64,000 bases of DNA from NCBI GenBank assembly GCA_044358215.1, contig JBIKOE010000001.1, positions 8,818 to 72,817 on the forward strand. Reading direction: 5' to 3'. A program made the translations under genes and the position numbers. The notes under the pieces were generated by a model. It did no database searches. It was not told the origin of the DNA and saw only the letters and a list, made by a program, of their open reading frames with translations. Shown here in pieces: positions 38,392 to 48,222 of this stretch. Numbering within the stretch: the stretch's first letter is position 1; the number at the start of each line of letters is the position of its first letter. Source of the DNA: Crocinitomicaceae bacterium. Lineage in GTDB: Bacteria > Bacteroidota > Bacteroidia > Flavobacteriales_D > Crocinitomicaceae.

Positions 38392-39204
38392 GTGAAAAAA
38401 ATCACCGAATCTTCGTCGAATCATGAACATTTAGATAAAATGTCAACCCAAGAATTGTTAGCAAACATAAATAAGGAAGACCAATGTGTAGCTCTCGCAG
38501 TAGAAAAGGAAATTTTATCTATAACTTCCTTTATTGATGCTTGTTTTGAACGAATGAAAAATGGAGGCCGTTTGTTTTATATCGGAGCAGGGACAAGCGG
38601 AAGATTAGGTATTGTTGACGCGAGTGAATGCCCCCCAACATTTGGAATCGAACATGGAATTGTAGTAGGGATAATAGCTGGTGGTGATGCTGCAATTCGA
38701 AAAGCAGTAGAATTTGCAGAAGATGATAAAGAACAAGCATGGAAAGATCTTCAAGAATATAAAATCAAGAAAGATGATACAATAATTGGCATTGCAGCTT
38801 CCGGCTCTACACCATACGTAATTGGAGGTATAGAAAAAGCTAAGCAAAACGGAATTTTAACAGCCGGAATTTCATGTAATCCAGACTCGCTTTTAGCCAA
38901 AACAGCGCAATTTGCTATAACTCCAATTGTTGGACCTGAATTTGTCACTGGAAGTACACGCATGAAATCAGGGACTGCGCAAAAACTAGTTTTAAACATG
39001 ATTTCTACTTCACTAATGATTAAACTCGGTCGTGTAAAAGGAAATAAGATGGTTGATATGCAATTGAGTAATGACAAACTTATAGAACGAGGAACTAAAA
39101 TGATTATGGATGAAACACAAATTGATTATTCAGCAGCTGAAGTTTTACTTAAGAGATTTGGTTCTGTAAGAAAAGCAATTGAAGCTTATAAAAATGGTAA
39201 CTAA
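38392..39204 (+). CDS. murQ: N-acetylmuramic acid 6-phosphate etherase
   Basis: GTG start. SIS-domain motifs GAGTSGRLG, ASGSTPY and TGSTRMKSGTAQK. Confidence 0.9.
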   Translation: MKKITESSSNHEHLDKMSTQELLANINKEDQCVALAVEKEILSITSFIDACFERMKNGGRLFYIGAGTSGRLGIVDASECPPTFGIEHGIVVGIIAGGDAAIRKAVEFAEDDKEQAWKDLQEYKIKKDDTIIGIAASGSTPYVIGGIEKAKQNGILTAGISCNPDSLLAKTAQFAITPIVGPEFVTGSTRMKSGTAQKLVLNMISTSLMIKLGRVKGNKMVDMQLSNDKLIERGTKMIMDETQIDYSAAEVLLKRFGSVRKAIEAYKNGN

Positions 39205-40244
39205 TGACTGATTTTGATCCAAATGGCGTTGGTATTGCAAATGGAAATATTTTTGGTTTCCCCTGTACTGAAGAGGATGCAGATATTGTAATTATTCCTA
39301 TTCCTTGGGATGCAACTGCATCTTATGGAAAAGGAACGAGTAATGGTCCAAAAATTATTTTAGATGCTTCCACACAACTCGATTTTTTTCATCCTGAACT
39401 TGAAAAAGCGTATGATACTAAAGTGTTTATGTCACCAATTTCCAAAGAATGGAAAGAACTAAATGATAATTTAAGCGCTAAAAGTGTCAGCTATTTAGAT
39501 TACTTGGAAACGCATGGAGAAAGTGCAGCGAAAGAAAAATATAGCACAGAAATCACAGAAATAAATAAAACACAAGTTGCTTTAAGAGAAAATTTAAAAG
39601 AGCGCTGTCTAAAGCTAATTTCTACTGGTAAAATTCCTGCTGTTCTTGGTGGTGAACATTCTACACCACTTGGATTAATTGAAGCTTTAAATGAAAAATA
39701 TTCAAGTTTTGGAATCTTACAAATTGATGCTCATGCAGATTTAAGAACTGCCTACGAGGGTTTTACGCAATCGCATGCAAGTATTATGTATAATGTACTA
39801 GTAAGTTGTGATAACATGCATAAATTAGTGCAAGTTGGCATCAGAGATATTTCTGAAGCAGAAGTCTTTTACGCGAAAAAAGACAATCGTATTGAAACAT
39901 TTTACGATTGGGATATAAAAAATCAAGCATACGCTGGTAAAACTTGGAAGGAACAAGTAAATGAAATTATTCAGCAACTGCCAGAAAACGTATATATTTC
40001 CTTTGATATCGATGGACTTAAGCCATCACTTTGTCCAAATACAGGCACACCTGTAGCTGGTGGATTTAATTTGCAAGAAATCTCTTATCTATTTGCGCAA
40101 GTTGTTGCTTCAGGTAAAAAAATTATTGGTTTCGACTTAAACGAAGTTGCCCCGGGAAAAGAAGGTGATTGGGATGCAAATGTTGGAGCAAGAGCATTGT
40201 GGGAACTTGTTTGTATTACTGAAAAAAGTAGAAGATCACACTAA
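39204..40244 (+). CDS. arginase/agmatinase/formiminoglutamase-family ureohydrolase
   Basis: 346 aa with GGEHS, IDAHADL and SFDIDGL metal-ligand motifs. The ATG overlaps the murQ stop as TAATG. Confidence 0.75.
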   Translation: MTDFDPNGVGIANGNIFGFPCTEEDADIVIIPIPWDATASYGKGTSNGPKIILDASTQLDFFHPELEKAYDTKVFMSPISKEWKELNDNLSAKSVSYLDYLETHGESAAKEKYSTEITEINKTQVALRENLKERCLKLISTGKIPAVLGGEHSTPLGLIEALNEKYSSFGILQIDAHADLRTAYEGFTQSHASIMYNVLVSCDNMHKLVQVGIRDISEAEVFYAKKDNRIETFYDWDIKNQAYAGKTWKEQVNEIIQQLPENVYISFDIDGLKPSLCPNTGTPVAGGFNLQEISYLFAQVVASGKKIIGFDLNEVAPGKEGDWDANVGARALWELVCITEKSRRSH

Positions 40245-40263
40245 TTTTAAGACAATTCACTCT

Positions 40264-40761
40264 ATGAAACTTAAGTTAAGTTCGTTTATTGGAATAATTT
40301 TAGGGCTCGTTTTCTTAATTAGTGTTTCACAAATAATTCTAGGGGAATTGTTTCCTTGGTTAAATTTTACAATTGCCTCTGGTCTTCCATTAATTATATA
40401 CCTACTTTCCTTTTTGATTCAAGATAAAAAAATTATAACCTTAAAAGTAGTTTACAGCTTTATTATTCTTCAATTTTTTATAGCAATTTATTTTTTAATA
40501 AATCCTGCATACCTCAAGATGTATTGGAATTTACTTTTTATTCCCACACTACTTTTTATTTGTTTTCTCTTTTTAGAATTCGCTCTACGAAAAAACAAAT
40601 TGGTTTGCAAAATCTTAAAGATTTGTATTACGGTTTTAGGAATTTCAATTCTTAGTAACCTATTATTCACCAACTATTTTATTGACTTAATAATTAAAGG
40701 ATCTATTTTTTTAATTATTGGGCTTTTAATAGCATCAAAAAATAAAGTTGAACAGAAATAG
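40264..40761 (+). CDS. hypothetical polytopic membrane protein
   Basis: 165 aa starting at MKLKLSSFIGIILG, with about five TM helices. The ORF-track start at 40147 is an out-of-frame read-through of the upstream gene's end. Confidence 0.55.
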   Translation: MKLKLSSFIGIILGLVFLISVSQIILGELFPWLNFTIASGLPLIIYLLSFLIQDKKIITLKVVYSFIILQFFIAIYFLINPAYLKMYWNLLFIPTLLFICFLFLEFALRKNKLVCKILKICITVLGISILSNLLFTNYFIDLIIKGSIFLIIGLLIASKNKVEQK

Positions 40762-40890
40762 AATATACTCTTAAAGTATATTAAATTTATTCTTGATTCA
40801 AAATAAAATGAAATTTAAGGAGTACATTGATAATATATTATGACTTCTCTCAATAATATAAGCGTTTTGAACTTAAGTTAAATAAAACAG

Positions 40891-40915
40891 AAAAAGCACC
40901 ATTCAGATGCTTTTT
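40891..40915. terminator. bidirectional intrinsic terminator between the membrane protein and the LRR gene
   Basis: AAAAAGCA-CCATTCAGA-TGCTTTTT, a hairpin with A and T runs on both sides. Confidence 0.55.
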
Positions 40916-40979
40916 GATTCGTTGAGTATGTATTAATTTTTTGAGAAAATAGATTTCGAAATTTTATAAACTTTTAGAC

Positions 40980-42329
40980 CTAATCAAATTCTATCACTCT
41001 CTGAGATGTTCCGTCGTTATATATGTAAAACATCATTATGTTCTTTTGATATTGAATTTCTCTTCCTGTGAGGTCAATGATTTTAGAAAGTTCTTTTATT
41101 TGGTTTGTGGTTAATTCATTAATACCTAAAGAACATGGACCACCACAATTTGTACTAAATGTAGCTTGAGGATCAATTTGTTCCCAATTTATTATTGAAT
41201 AACCAACATTATCAACAGTAATACAAAGCAAATTAGGATTGCCATCTGCATAAAAATAATCAAATAAAAAATTAATTCCATTTTTAACATTTAAACAAGT
41301 AAGCATGTTATAACTACAATCCAACGAATATAAAACAGGGTTATGTGAAACATCCAAGGATGTTAATTGACTCCCCCCGCAATCAAGACCCGTTAAGTTA
41401 GTATTCTGTGACACATCAAGTGATGCTATTTGATTTGCATTACAATCTAACTCTATTAAAGCTGTATTTTGTGAAACATCTAAGGATGTTAGTTGATTAG
41501 TGTGACATTCAATTAGAGTTAAATCGGTATTTTGTGATACATCTATGGATGTTAATTGATTATCAGCAAAATTAAGTTCTATTAATGCTGTATTTTGTGA
41601 AACATTAAGCGATGTTAATTGGTTTTGATAACAATCTAACTCTATTAAAGCAGTATTTTGTGAAACATCCAAGGATGTTAATTCATTCAAACTACAATAA
41701 ATAATAGTTAAAGCAGTATTTTGTGTTACATCCAAGGATGTTAATTGATTTTCCCTACAATTCAAACTTGTAAGTGCAGTACAGCCCGTCACATCTAAAC
41801 TTGTTAATTGATTGTAATGACAATCCAAAAAAGTAAGTGCAGTGCAAGTAGATACATCTAAACTTGACAGACCATTACCAAGGCAATTCAAATAAGTAAG
41901 TGCAGTACAAGCTGATACATCTATACTTGTTAATTGATTGTAATGACAATCCAAAAAAGTAAGTGCAGTGCAAGTAGATACATCTAAACTTGACAGACCA
42001 TTACCAAAGCAATTCAAATAAGTAAGTGCAGCACAAGTGGACAAATTTAATGTAGTTAAGGTATTAGAAGAACAATTTAAATCTGTAAGCGCAACGAATG
42101 CTTCTATACCAGTCAAGTCATTAATATTAACACTAGAAGTAGACACATCAATTGCCCCATTATATGCAGCTGCCTCTGATACTTGGATTTGATTATCTAC
42201 GTTGATATCAATACCAGGAGTATTCAGAAGAATTGATTTAAAATACATATTAGGGATATTAACTATCTGAGCTTGTGTATATACAATACAACTTAAGAAT
42301 ATTATGATTGTGAGTTGTAATTTTTTCAT
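40980..42329 (-). CDS. secreted leucine-rich-repeat protein with a probable T9SS C-terminal domain
   Basis: 449 aa with a signal peptide and about fourteen LRRs of 21 aa (LTSLDVSQNTALIELDC..NQ). The C-terminal beta-rich tail is KIIDLTGREIQYQKNIMMFYIYNDGTSQRVIEFD. Confidence 0.8.
   Translation of the reverse strand: MKKLQLTIIIFLSCIVYTQAQIVNIPNMYFKSILLNTPGIDINVDNQIQVSEAAAYNGAIDVSTSSVNINDLTGIEAFVALTDLNCSSNTLTTLNLSTCAALTYLNCFGNGLSSLDVSTCTALTFLDCHYNQLTSIDVSACTALTYLNCLGNGLSSLDVSTCTALTFLDCHYNQLTSLDVTGCTALTSLNCRENQLTSLDVTQNTALTIIYCSLNELTSLDVSQNTALIELDCYQNQLTSLNVSQNTALIELNFADNQLTSIDVSQNTDLTLIECHTNQLTSLDVSQNTALIELDCNANQIASLDVSQNTNLTGLDCGGSQLTSLDVSHNPVLYSLDCSYNMLTCLNVKNGINFLFDYFYADGNPNLLCITVDNVGYSIINWEQIDPQATFSTNCGGPCSLGINELTTNQIKELSKIIDLTGREIQYQKNIMMFYIYNDGTSQRVIEFD
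41801..42031. repeat. 126-bp-period tandem duplication inside the LRR gene
   Basis: 41801-41905 and 41927-42031 are identical at 104 of 105 positions (g41881 versus a42007). Each copy spans two LRR units, and the duplication is in frame. Confidence 0.9.
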
Positions 42330-42417
42330 ATTTTTTTTTCTATTTATTTTTTATTTTTTGAGTTTAATATATACTAGAGCACCAGCATATTACTTCTTGT
42401 TTTAGTAAAGTTATGAT

Positions 42418-43500
42418 TTAATTTGTGAATTTCTTGCCGTTACTAAAAACAATAATTGATTTATTGAATAATTTAACCAATACCTTATTTCCATAAATTT
42501 CATACTCAGCATCCTGGAAATTTGTTATCTCTTCTACCCTTCCGTTTATAACTGCACTTACGCCCCCCATAATATTACGAAAAGCGCAAATATTGTTTTT
42601 AAGTTTATAATCTTTTGGAATGTAATTGGCTATTTGTTTTTTCTCTCCGTTTACAAAAGCAAAAAGGTAATTGCTTTCTCCCCAAATCGTTATATCATCT
42701 TTGGTATCTGTAAAATTGGGAGCAAAATTTGAAAGCTGAAATTTATCCTTATTAGAATAATACAAAAGATTCCCATTGATATCTTGATACGTCACAAATC
42801 CTCTTCCTGATTTAAAATTCTGAGCTAACATTGATTCTACCTCTGTAAAAATCCCATCTTGAAAAACAACAAATGTTTGGGAATATGGATCATTAAAGCA
42901 AAAGACATCTGTTCCAATATTGAAATTCATTTTTTCATCGTTATACGTTCCTATTTCATAATTCTTTCCTCTCCAAAAAGCGTGATATGTGTTACTATTA
43001 TCATTAAAAACCAAGATGTTCTCGCCAATAAAAGAAGGTAATTTCACTTCGTTAAGCAGGGTCATAATTGGAATCATTTGCTTGTTCCAATAAACGTTTA
43101 CTGAACTATATCTTCTATCTTGATAAACAACTAAGCTATCACGAACAGCAAAATCCATTGCAAAATTGGTGAGATTATATATTTGTCCTGCATCCCAAAG
43201 ACGAAGAGCACCCGCAATTTTGTAGGCCATTAAATGATCTGAAACTTCATATTCTGCATTGAGAAGCGTGATATCTTTGCGTTCCTTTCCATCATAAATC
43301 CTTAAATTACCGCGAGTATCTAAATAAGTAACAAATTCATCTCCCGCTTTTAAATTTGAAACTGGTTGAACTTCTATTTGACGAAAAAAACCATTTTCAA
43401 AGGACACAAGAAAATTATTGAAATCAACTGATGGAACAACCCCTTGTGCAAAAGATAAAAAGTTGCTGCATATAAAAAGGTACTTGAAAATAAGCTTCAT
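42418..43500 (-). CDS. secreted hypothetical protein with internal repeats
   Basis: 360 aa with a signal peptide (FLSFAQG). Recurrent FVTY.D..GNL..Y and NF...F units suggest a beta-repeat fold. Confidence 0.6.
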   Translation of the reverse strand: MKLIFKYLFICSNFLSFAQGVVPSVDFNNFLVSFENGFFRQIEVQPVSNLKAGDEFVTYLDTRGNLRIYDGKERKDITLLNAEYEVSDHLMAYKIAGALRLWDAGQIYNLTNFAMDFAVRDSLVVYQDRRYSSVNVYWNKQMIPIMTLLNEVKLPSFIGENILVFNDNSNTYHAFWRGKNYEIGTYNDEKMNFNIGTDVFCFNDPYSQTFVVFQDGIFTEVESMLAQNFKSGRGFVTYQDINGNLLYYSNKDKFQLSNFAPNFTDTKDDITIWGESNYLFAFVNGEKKQIANYIPKDYKLKNNICAFRNIMGGVSAVINGRVEEITNFQDAEYEIYGNKVLVKLFNKSIIVFSNGKKFTN

Positions 43501-43591
43501 AATAGTATCAAAAATAAGGAAAATTTATATCCTAAACACTAAATTTAATATGTAGCATTAAAGTATTTTTTTTATTTTAAAGAATCTCGGT

Positions 43592-43599
43592 TATATTTG
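43592..43599 (+). promoter_or_regulatory. -7 promoter box TATATTTG upstream of the M16 peptidase pair
   Basis: Exact TAnnTTTG match 18 nt before ATG 43618. Confidence 0.4.
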
Positions 43600-43617
43600 T
43601 AGAATTAAAATTTATAA

Positions 43618-45084
43618 ATGAAAAAATACATATTAGTAAGCTACTTCTTTGCAACAAGTCTAGTAGCATTTTCTCAAAAAAAAATAGAATACGTAGAATA
43701 TGATCTAGCAAATGGGATACATGTAATCTTACATCAAGAAACATCAACTCCAATTGTAGCAGTCTCTGTTTTGTATCATGTTGGTTCAAAAAATGAAAAT
43801 ACAAATAAAACAGGATTTGCCCACTTTTTTGAGCATTTATTATTTGAAGGGTCAGAAAATATCGATCGAGGCGAATACAGCAAAATTGTTGAAAAAAATG
43901 GTGGTGAACTAAATGCAAATACATCTCAAGATAGAACATACTATTATGAATTACTTCCTTCTAATCAATTAGAACTTGGTTTGTGGTTGGAAAGTGAACG
44001 AATGCTCCATGCAAAAGTTGATATTAAAGGAATTGAAACACAACGCAGTGTTGTAAAAGAAGAAAAAAGACAAAGAGTAGATAACCAACCCTACGGTTCA
44101 TTTTTTACAGAAATGTTCAAGCGTGTTTTTACAACTCATCCATATAATTGGGCTCCAATCGGAAGTATGGAACATTTAGATGCAGCAGAAGAAGCTGATT
44201 ACATAAATTTCTACAAAGATTTTTATGTTCCATCAAATTCAACACTTTCTATCGCGGGAGATATTGATATTGAGCAAACAAAAAAGTGGATTCAAAAGTA
44301 TTTCGGATCAATACCAAAAGGTCAAGCTCTAAACTTTTATAGAGATTTTATTGCTCTTTCTGACGCAAATTTTGAAAAAACATACAGTATTTCAAAGTCA
44401 AAATTTGATGCACTTAATTTCATGAACCCAAAAGATCCAGAAGCAAAAAAAATACTTGCTACTTATGCTGCAAAACCAATTGAAATAAAACGTACTCAAA
44501 AAGATAATACAGTTCTCACAAGTATTACCAAAGAAGTTATTTATGATAATATTCAGTTGCCGGCTATCTTTATGGGATATAAATTTCCTGAACAATTAAA
44601 TACTGATAGTTACGCAATTGAAATGCTAAACGAGGTTCTATCTGGTGGAAGTAGTTCTCGCATTAATAAAACAATTGTTGAGAAAAAAGAAATGGCAACT
44701 TTTGCTTTCTCATTTTATTATGGCTTAGAAGATGCTGGAATTGGAATTTTTGCAGCTATTGCTTCACAAGACGTTAATTTAGATAGTATTCAAAGAGAAT
44801 TCGACTTACAGATCGACTTAATTAAATCAGAATTAATTAGTGATGAAGAATTTAATAAAGCAAGAAATAAATTTGAAAATGACTTAGTATCCTCTAATTC
44901 TTCTATAGCAGGAATTGCAGAAAATTTAGCAGACAATCACGTTTACTACGGAAATGCAAATCGTGTAAATTCCATGCTAGACAATTATATGAAAGTTACA
45001 AAAGAAGATATAAAACGAGTTGCAAATAAATATTTAACGCAAGATGCTCGTGTTATACTTCATTACCTACCAAAAGAAAAATAA
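43618..45084 (+). CDS. M16 (pitrilysin/insulinase) family zinc peptidase, catalytic subunit
   Basis: Signal peptide, the inverted zinc motif HFFEHLLFEG, and a downstream ELNA.T region. Confidence 0.85.
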   Translation: MKKYILVSYFFATSLVAFSQKKIEYVEYDLANGIHVILHQETSTPIVAVSVLYHVGSKNENTNKTGFAHFFEHLLFEGSENIDRGEYSKIVEKNGGELNANTSQDRTYYYELLPSNQLELGLWLESERMLHAKVDIKGIETQRSVVKEEKRQRVDNQPYGSFFTEMFKRVFTTHPYNWAPIGSMEHLDAAEEADYINFYKDFYVPSNSTLSIAGDIDIEQTKKWIQKYFGSIPKGQALNFYRDFIALSDANFEKTYSISKSKFDALNFMNPKDPEAKKILATYAAKPIEIKRTQKDNTVLTSITKEVIYDNIQLPAIFMGYKFPEQLNTDSYAIEMLNEVLSGGSSSRINKTIVEKKEMATFAFSFYYGLEDAGIGIFAAIASQDVNLDSIQREFDLQIDLIKSELISDEEFNKARNKFENDLVSSNSSIAGIAENLADNHVYYGNANRVNSMLDNYMKVTKEDIKRVANKYLTQDARVILHYLPKEK

Positions 45085-45088
45085 TTCC

Positions 45089-47176
45089 ATGAAAAAAATA
45101 CTATTTAGTGCCCTTTTATTAACACATAGTTTTATTCAAGCTCAGGTCGACAGGTCTATAATGCCCAAGCCAACAGAAGCTAAAAAAATTAATATCTCTG
45201 AATCTCAGGTTTTTACTACAGCAAATGGAATTACAGTGATTTTATCTGAAAACCATAAATTACCTCGAGTAGCTTTTCAATTTATTATTGGGTCTGATCC
45301 AAGAATTGAGGGAGATAAAGCTGGTTTAGCGGATTTTATGGGTTCATTAATCATGTCAGGGACAGAAAAACGAACTAAAGATCAATTAGACAAAGAAATT
45401 GACTTTATCGGCGCAAATTTAAATGCTAGTAATTCTGTTGTTAATTTGTCTTGTTTAACCAAGCATCTTGATAAAGGTCTTGAATTAATGAATGATATAA
45501 TGCAAAATGCAAATTTTCCGCAATCTGAGTTTGAGAGAGTTAAAAAACAGCTCCAATCTAATTTATTAGCAACTAAATCAGATGCAGGTTCAATGGCGAA
45601 AAATGCTGTTTCAAAACTAAATTTCCCAAAACATCCCTATGGAGAAATAATGACAGAAAGCACATTAAATAATATTACACGAGAAGATATCATTGCTAGC
45701 TACCAAAATAATTTCAAGCCAAATGGCGGATATTTAGTAGTAGTTGGCGATATTAATCGCATAGAATTGGAAGACTTAATAACTAAATATTTGCTTGCTT
45801 GGCGAACTAATGGTCCAATTTTTACCAATCCAGCAAATGATGGTGTTTTCCCGACAGGAAACCGTGTTGTTTTTATTAAAAAACCAGGAGCAGTTCAATC
45901 TGTTGTTTCTATTACTTATCCTGTTAAAATTAGAACAGGTGAGCAAGACCAATTGCCACTAAAAGTTTTAAATGGCATCTTTGGTGGTGGTGGTTTTGGA
46001 ACACGATTAATGCAAAATTTACGCGAAGATAAAGCATATACTTATGGCTGCTACTCTTCTTTAAGAATTACCGAATTTGGTTCCTGGATGTCAGCTGGTG
46101 GAAATTTCCGAAATGCTGTTACCGACTCAGCTATTACTGAAATATTGAAAGAATTTCAAACAATTAAAACTGATTTGGTAAAAGATGAAGAATTAAACCT
46201 TACTAAATCTTCAATGGCCGGTGACTTCGCACGATCATTAGAAAGCCCAGAAACAGTTGCTGAATTTGCTTATTCTATTATAAAAAATAAATTAGAGAAA
46301 GATCACTATCAAACTTATCTTCAACGATTAGACGCTATTTCAAAAGAAGATGTTTTAGCAATGAGTAAGAAATATTTTACTTCAACTAATTGCAACATCG
46401 TTGTTGTTGGAAATGAAGAAATAATTGAAAGCTTAAAGAAATTTGATTCGGATGGAAAGATTGAATTTCTAGATGCCTTTGCTGAGGAAGTAAAAGATAT
46501 AAAACCTGCAACAATTTCTAAGGATGAATTAATTGAAAAGTATCTATTTGCAGTAAGTTTAACAAGTAGTGCTAAAGAACTTTCGAAGAAAGTGAAAAAA
46601 GTGAAATCCTATGAACGTGTGATTGATATGTCATCTCCTCAAATTCCTATTCCCTTGAAAATGACAGAATATTTTGTATCCCCAACTACGGAAGCCCAAA
46701 AGATGGAAGGCCAAGGAATGGTTTTCCAAAAATCTTATTATGACGGTTCGACTGGATTTAAATTCGATATGCAAAGTGGCAAAAAAGATATGACACCTGA
46801 TGAATTAGCTTCTAAAAAGAAGTCAAGTGGTTTATTTCCAGAAATGAATTACAAAACAAATGGAATAAACTATGAATTAACAGGAATTGAAAATGATAAT
46901 GGCAATGATTACTATGTTTTAAAGTTGATAGATGGTGAAAATGTAAGCTATGACTATTATAATACAACTACTTATTTAAAAGAAAAAAGTATTTCTATAC
47001 AAAAAGTTGGAGAAGAAACAAATGAGTCAACTACCACATACAACGATTACAAGAATGTATCTGGGATTCTATTTCCACATAGTTTAACTATCTCTGTTGG
47101 ACCAATGAATTTAATTGGAAAGGTTTCTAAAATGGAACTAAATGGTAAAATTGATTTAAAAAGTTTGAAAGAATAA
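45089..47176 (+). CDS. M16 family peptidase-like protein, non-catalytic (no HxxEH), with a ~250-aa C-terminal extension
   Basis: The start is MKKILFSALLL, a signal peptide. The M16 fold pattern is present, but GLADFMGSLIMSGT replaces the zinc motif. The beta-rich C-terminal extension looks LolA-like. Confidence 0.75.
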   Translation: MKKILFSALLLTHSFIQAQVDRSIMPKPTEAKKINISESQVFTTANGITVILSENHKLPRVAFQFIIGSDPRIEGDKAGLADFMGSLIMSGTEKRTKDQLDKEIDFIGANLNASNSVVNLSCLTKHLDKGLELMNDIMQNANFPQSEFERVKKQLQSNLLATKSDAGSMAKNAVSKLNFPKHPYGEIMTESTLNNITREDIIASYQNNFKPNGGYLVVVGDINRIELEDLITKYLLAWRTNGPIFTNPANDGVFPTGNRVVFIKKPGAVQSVVSITYPVKIRTGEQDQLPLKVLNGIFGGGGFGTRLMQNLREDKAYTYGCYSSLRITEFGSWMSAGGNFRNAVTDSAITEILKEFQTIKTDLVKDEELNLTKSSMAGDFARSLESPETVAEFAYSIIKNKLEKDHYQTYLQRLDAISKEDVLAMSKKYFTSTNCNIVVVGNEEIIESLKKFDSDGKIEFLDAFAEEVKDIKPATISKDELIEKYLFAVSLTSSAKELSKKVKKVKSYERVIDMSSPQIPIPLKMTEYFVSPTTEAQKMEGQGMVFQKSYYDGSTGFKFDMQSGKKDMTPDELASKKKSSGLFPEMNYKTNGINYELTGIENDNGNDYYVLKLIDGENVSYDYYNTTTYLKEKSISIQKVGEETNESTTTYNDYKNVSGILFPHSLTISVGPMNLIGKVSKMELNGKIDLKSLKE

Positions 47177-47187
47177 AACAAGTTTCT

Positions 47188-48222
47188 TTATTCAACAATA
47201 ATTGAAAATTCTTTTTTAATCTCAAACTTTCCTATTTCAAACAAGGGAAGTTTTTCGGCCTCAAATAATTTACATACTTCACCTTTAAAGTCAGGATGAA
47301 CAGAAAATAAAAGTCCTCCATTTGTCTGTGGATCACACAATGTCAGTAACATTTCTCCTGAAATTCCGCTGACATCAGCTCCATACATTTTCCAATTCCG
47401 CATTGTGTTATCAGGATAAACCCATTGCTTTGCAAGTTCATCTGTGCCGGTCAAAAGTGGAATATTTCGATTCTGTATGATCGCAGAAATTCTCCCATTA
47501 TCTGTCATTTCAATAAGATGGCCCAATAAACCAAATCCAGTTATATCAGTCATTGCTGAAACAGAAGGAAATTCAGCTAATTTCTCTCCCATGAAATTTA
47601 ATTGACACATACTCTCAGTTATGATTTCTGAAAAATGAGCGCTTTCTAAACCACGCTTTATAGCGGTAGATAAAATTCCGGTTCCTATTGCTTTCGTTAT
47701 AAATATAATATCGCCAGCTTGTGCAGTATTGTTCTTCTTGATTTTATTTTTAGAAACAATTCCATTTACAGCTAAGCCAAAAATTGGCTCATTATTTTCA
47801 ATTGAATGACCTCCAGCGAGCGAAATTCCAGCAAGACGGCAAGTTTCTGTTGCACCTTTTAATACTTCTGTAGCAATCGCAATTGGCAATTTTGAACTTG
47901 GCCAGCCAAGAATACTCAGTGCTAAGATTGGTTTTCCACCCATAGCATAAACATCACTGATGGAATTTGCTGCGGCAATTCTTCCAAAGTCGTAAGGAGA
48001 ATCTACAATTGGCGTAAAAAAATCTGTTGTACTTATTAAACAAAGTTCCTCGTTTAATAAATAAACTGCTGCATCATCTGAGCTTGAATTACCAACTAAT
48101 AGCTGCTCTGTATTTACTGCATTGACTCCTTTTAACAGTTCTTTTAACTCTTGAGGTGGAATTTTACAACCACAGCCGCCACCTTTGGTAAATTCAGTTA
48201 ATCTTATTGTGTTATTTTCCAT
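47188..48222 (-). CDS. selD: selenide, water dikinase (selenophosphate synthetase), Cys-type
   Basis: The N-terminal LTEFTKGGGCGCKIPP matches the SelD G-x-G-C-G-C-K active site. AIR-synthase-like domains follow. Confidence 0.9.
   Translation of the reverse strand: MENNTIRLTEFTKGGGCGCKIPPQELKELLKGVNAVNTEQLLVGNSSSDDAAVYLLNEELCLISTTDFFTPIVDSPYDFGRIAAANSISDVYAMGGKPILALSILGWPSSKLPIAIATEVLKGATETCRLAGISLAGGHSIENNEPIFGLAVNGIVSKNKIKKNNTAQAGDIIFITKAIGTGILSTAIKRGLESAHFSEIITESMCQLNFMGEKLAEFPSVSAMTDITGFGLLGHLIEMTDNGRISAIIQNRNIPLLTGTDELAKQWVYPDNTMRNWKMYGADVSGISGEMLLTLCDPQTNGGLLFSVHPDFKGEVCKLFEAEKLPLFEIGKFEIKKEFSIIVE

Noticed and set aside
38072-39077. Four antisense ORFs (99, 69, 80 and 108 aa) opposite the PyrR-like gene and murQ.
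   Set aside because: All are nested within well-supported forward genes. They overlap each other and have no motifs. I treat them as spurious.
43577-43939. 120-aa minus-strand ORF overlapping the start of the M16 peptidase and its promoter.
   Set aside because: It is His/Leu/Phe-rich nonsense-like sequence. It covers the TATATTTG box and signal peptide of a well-supported gene.
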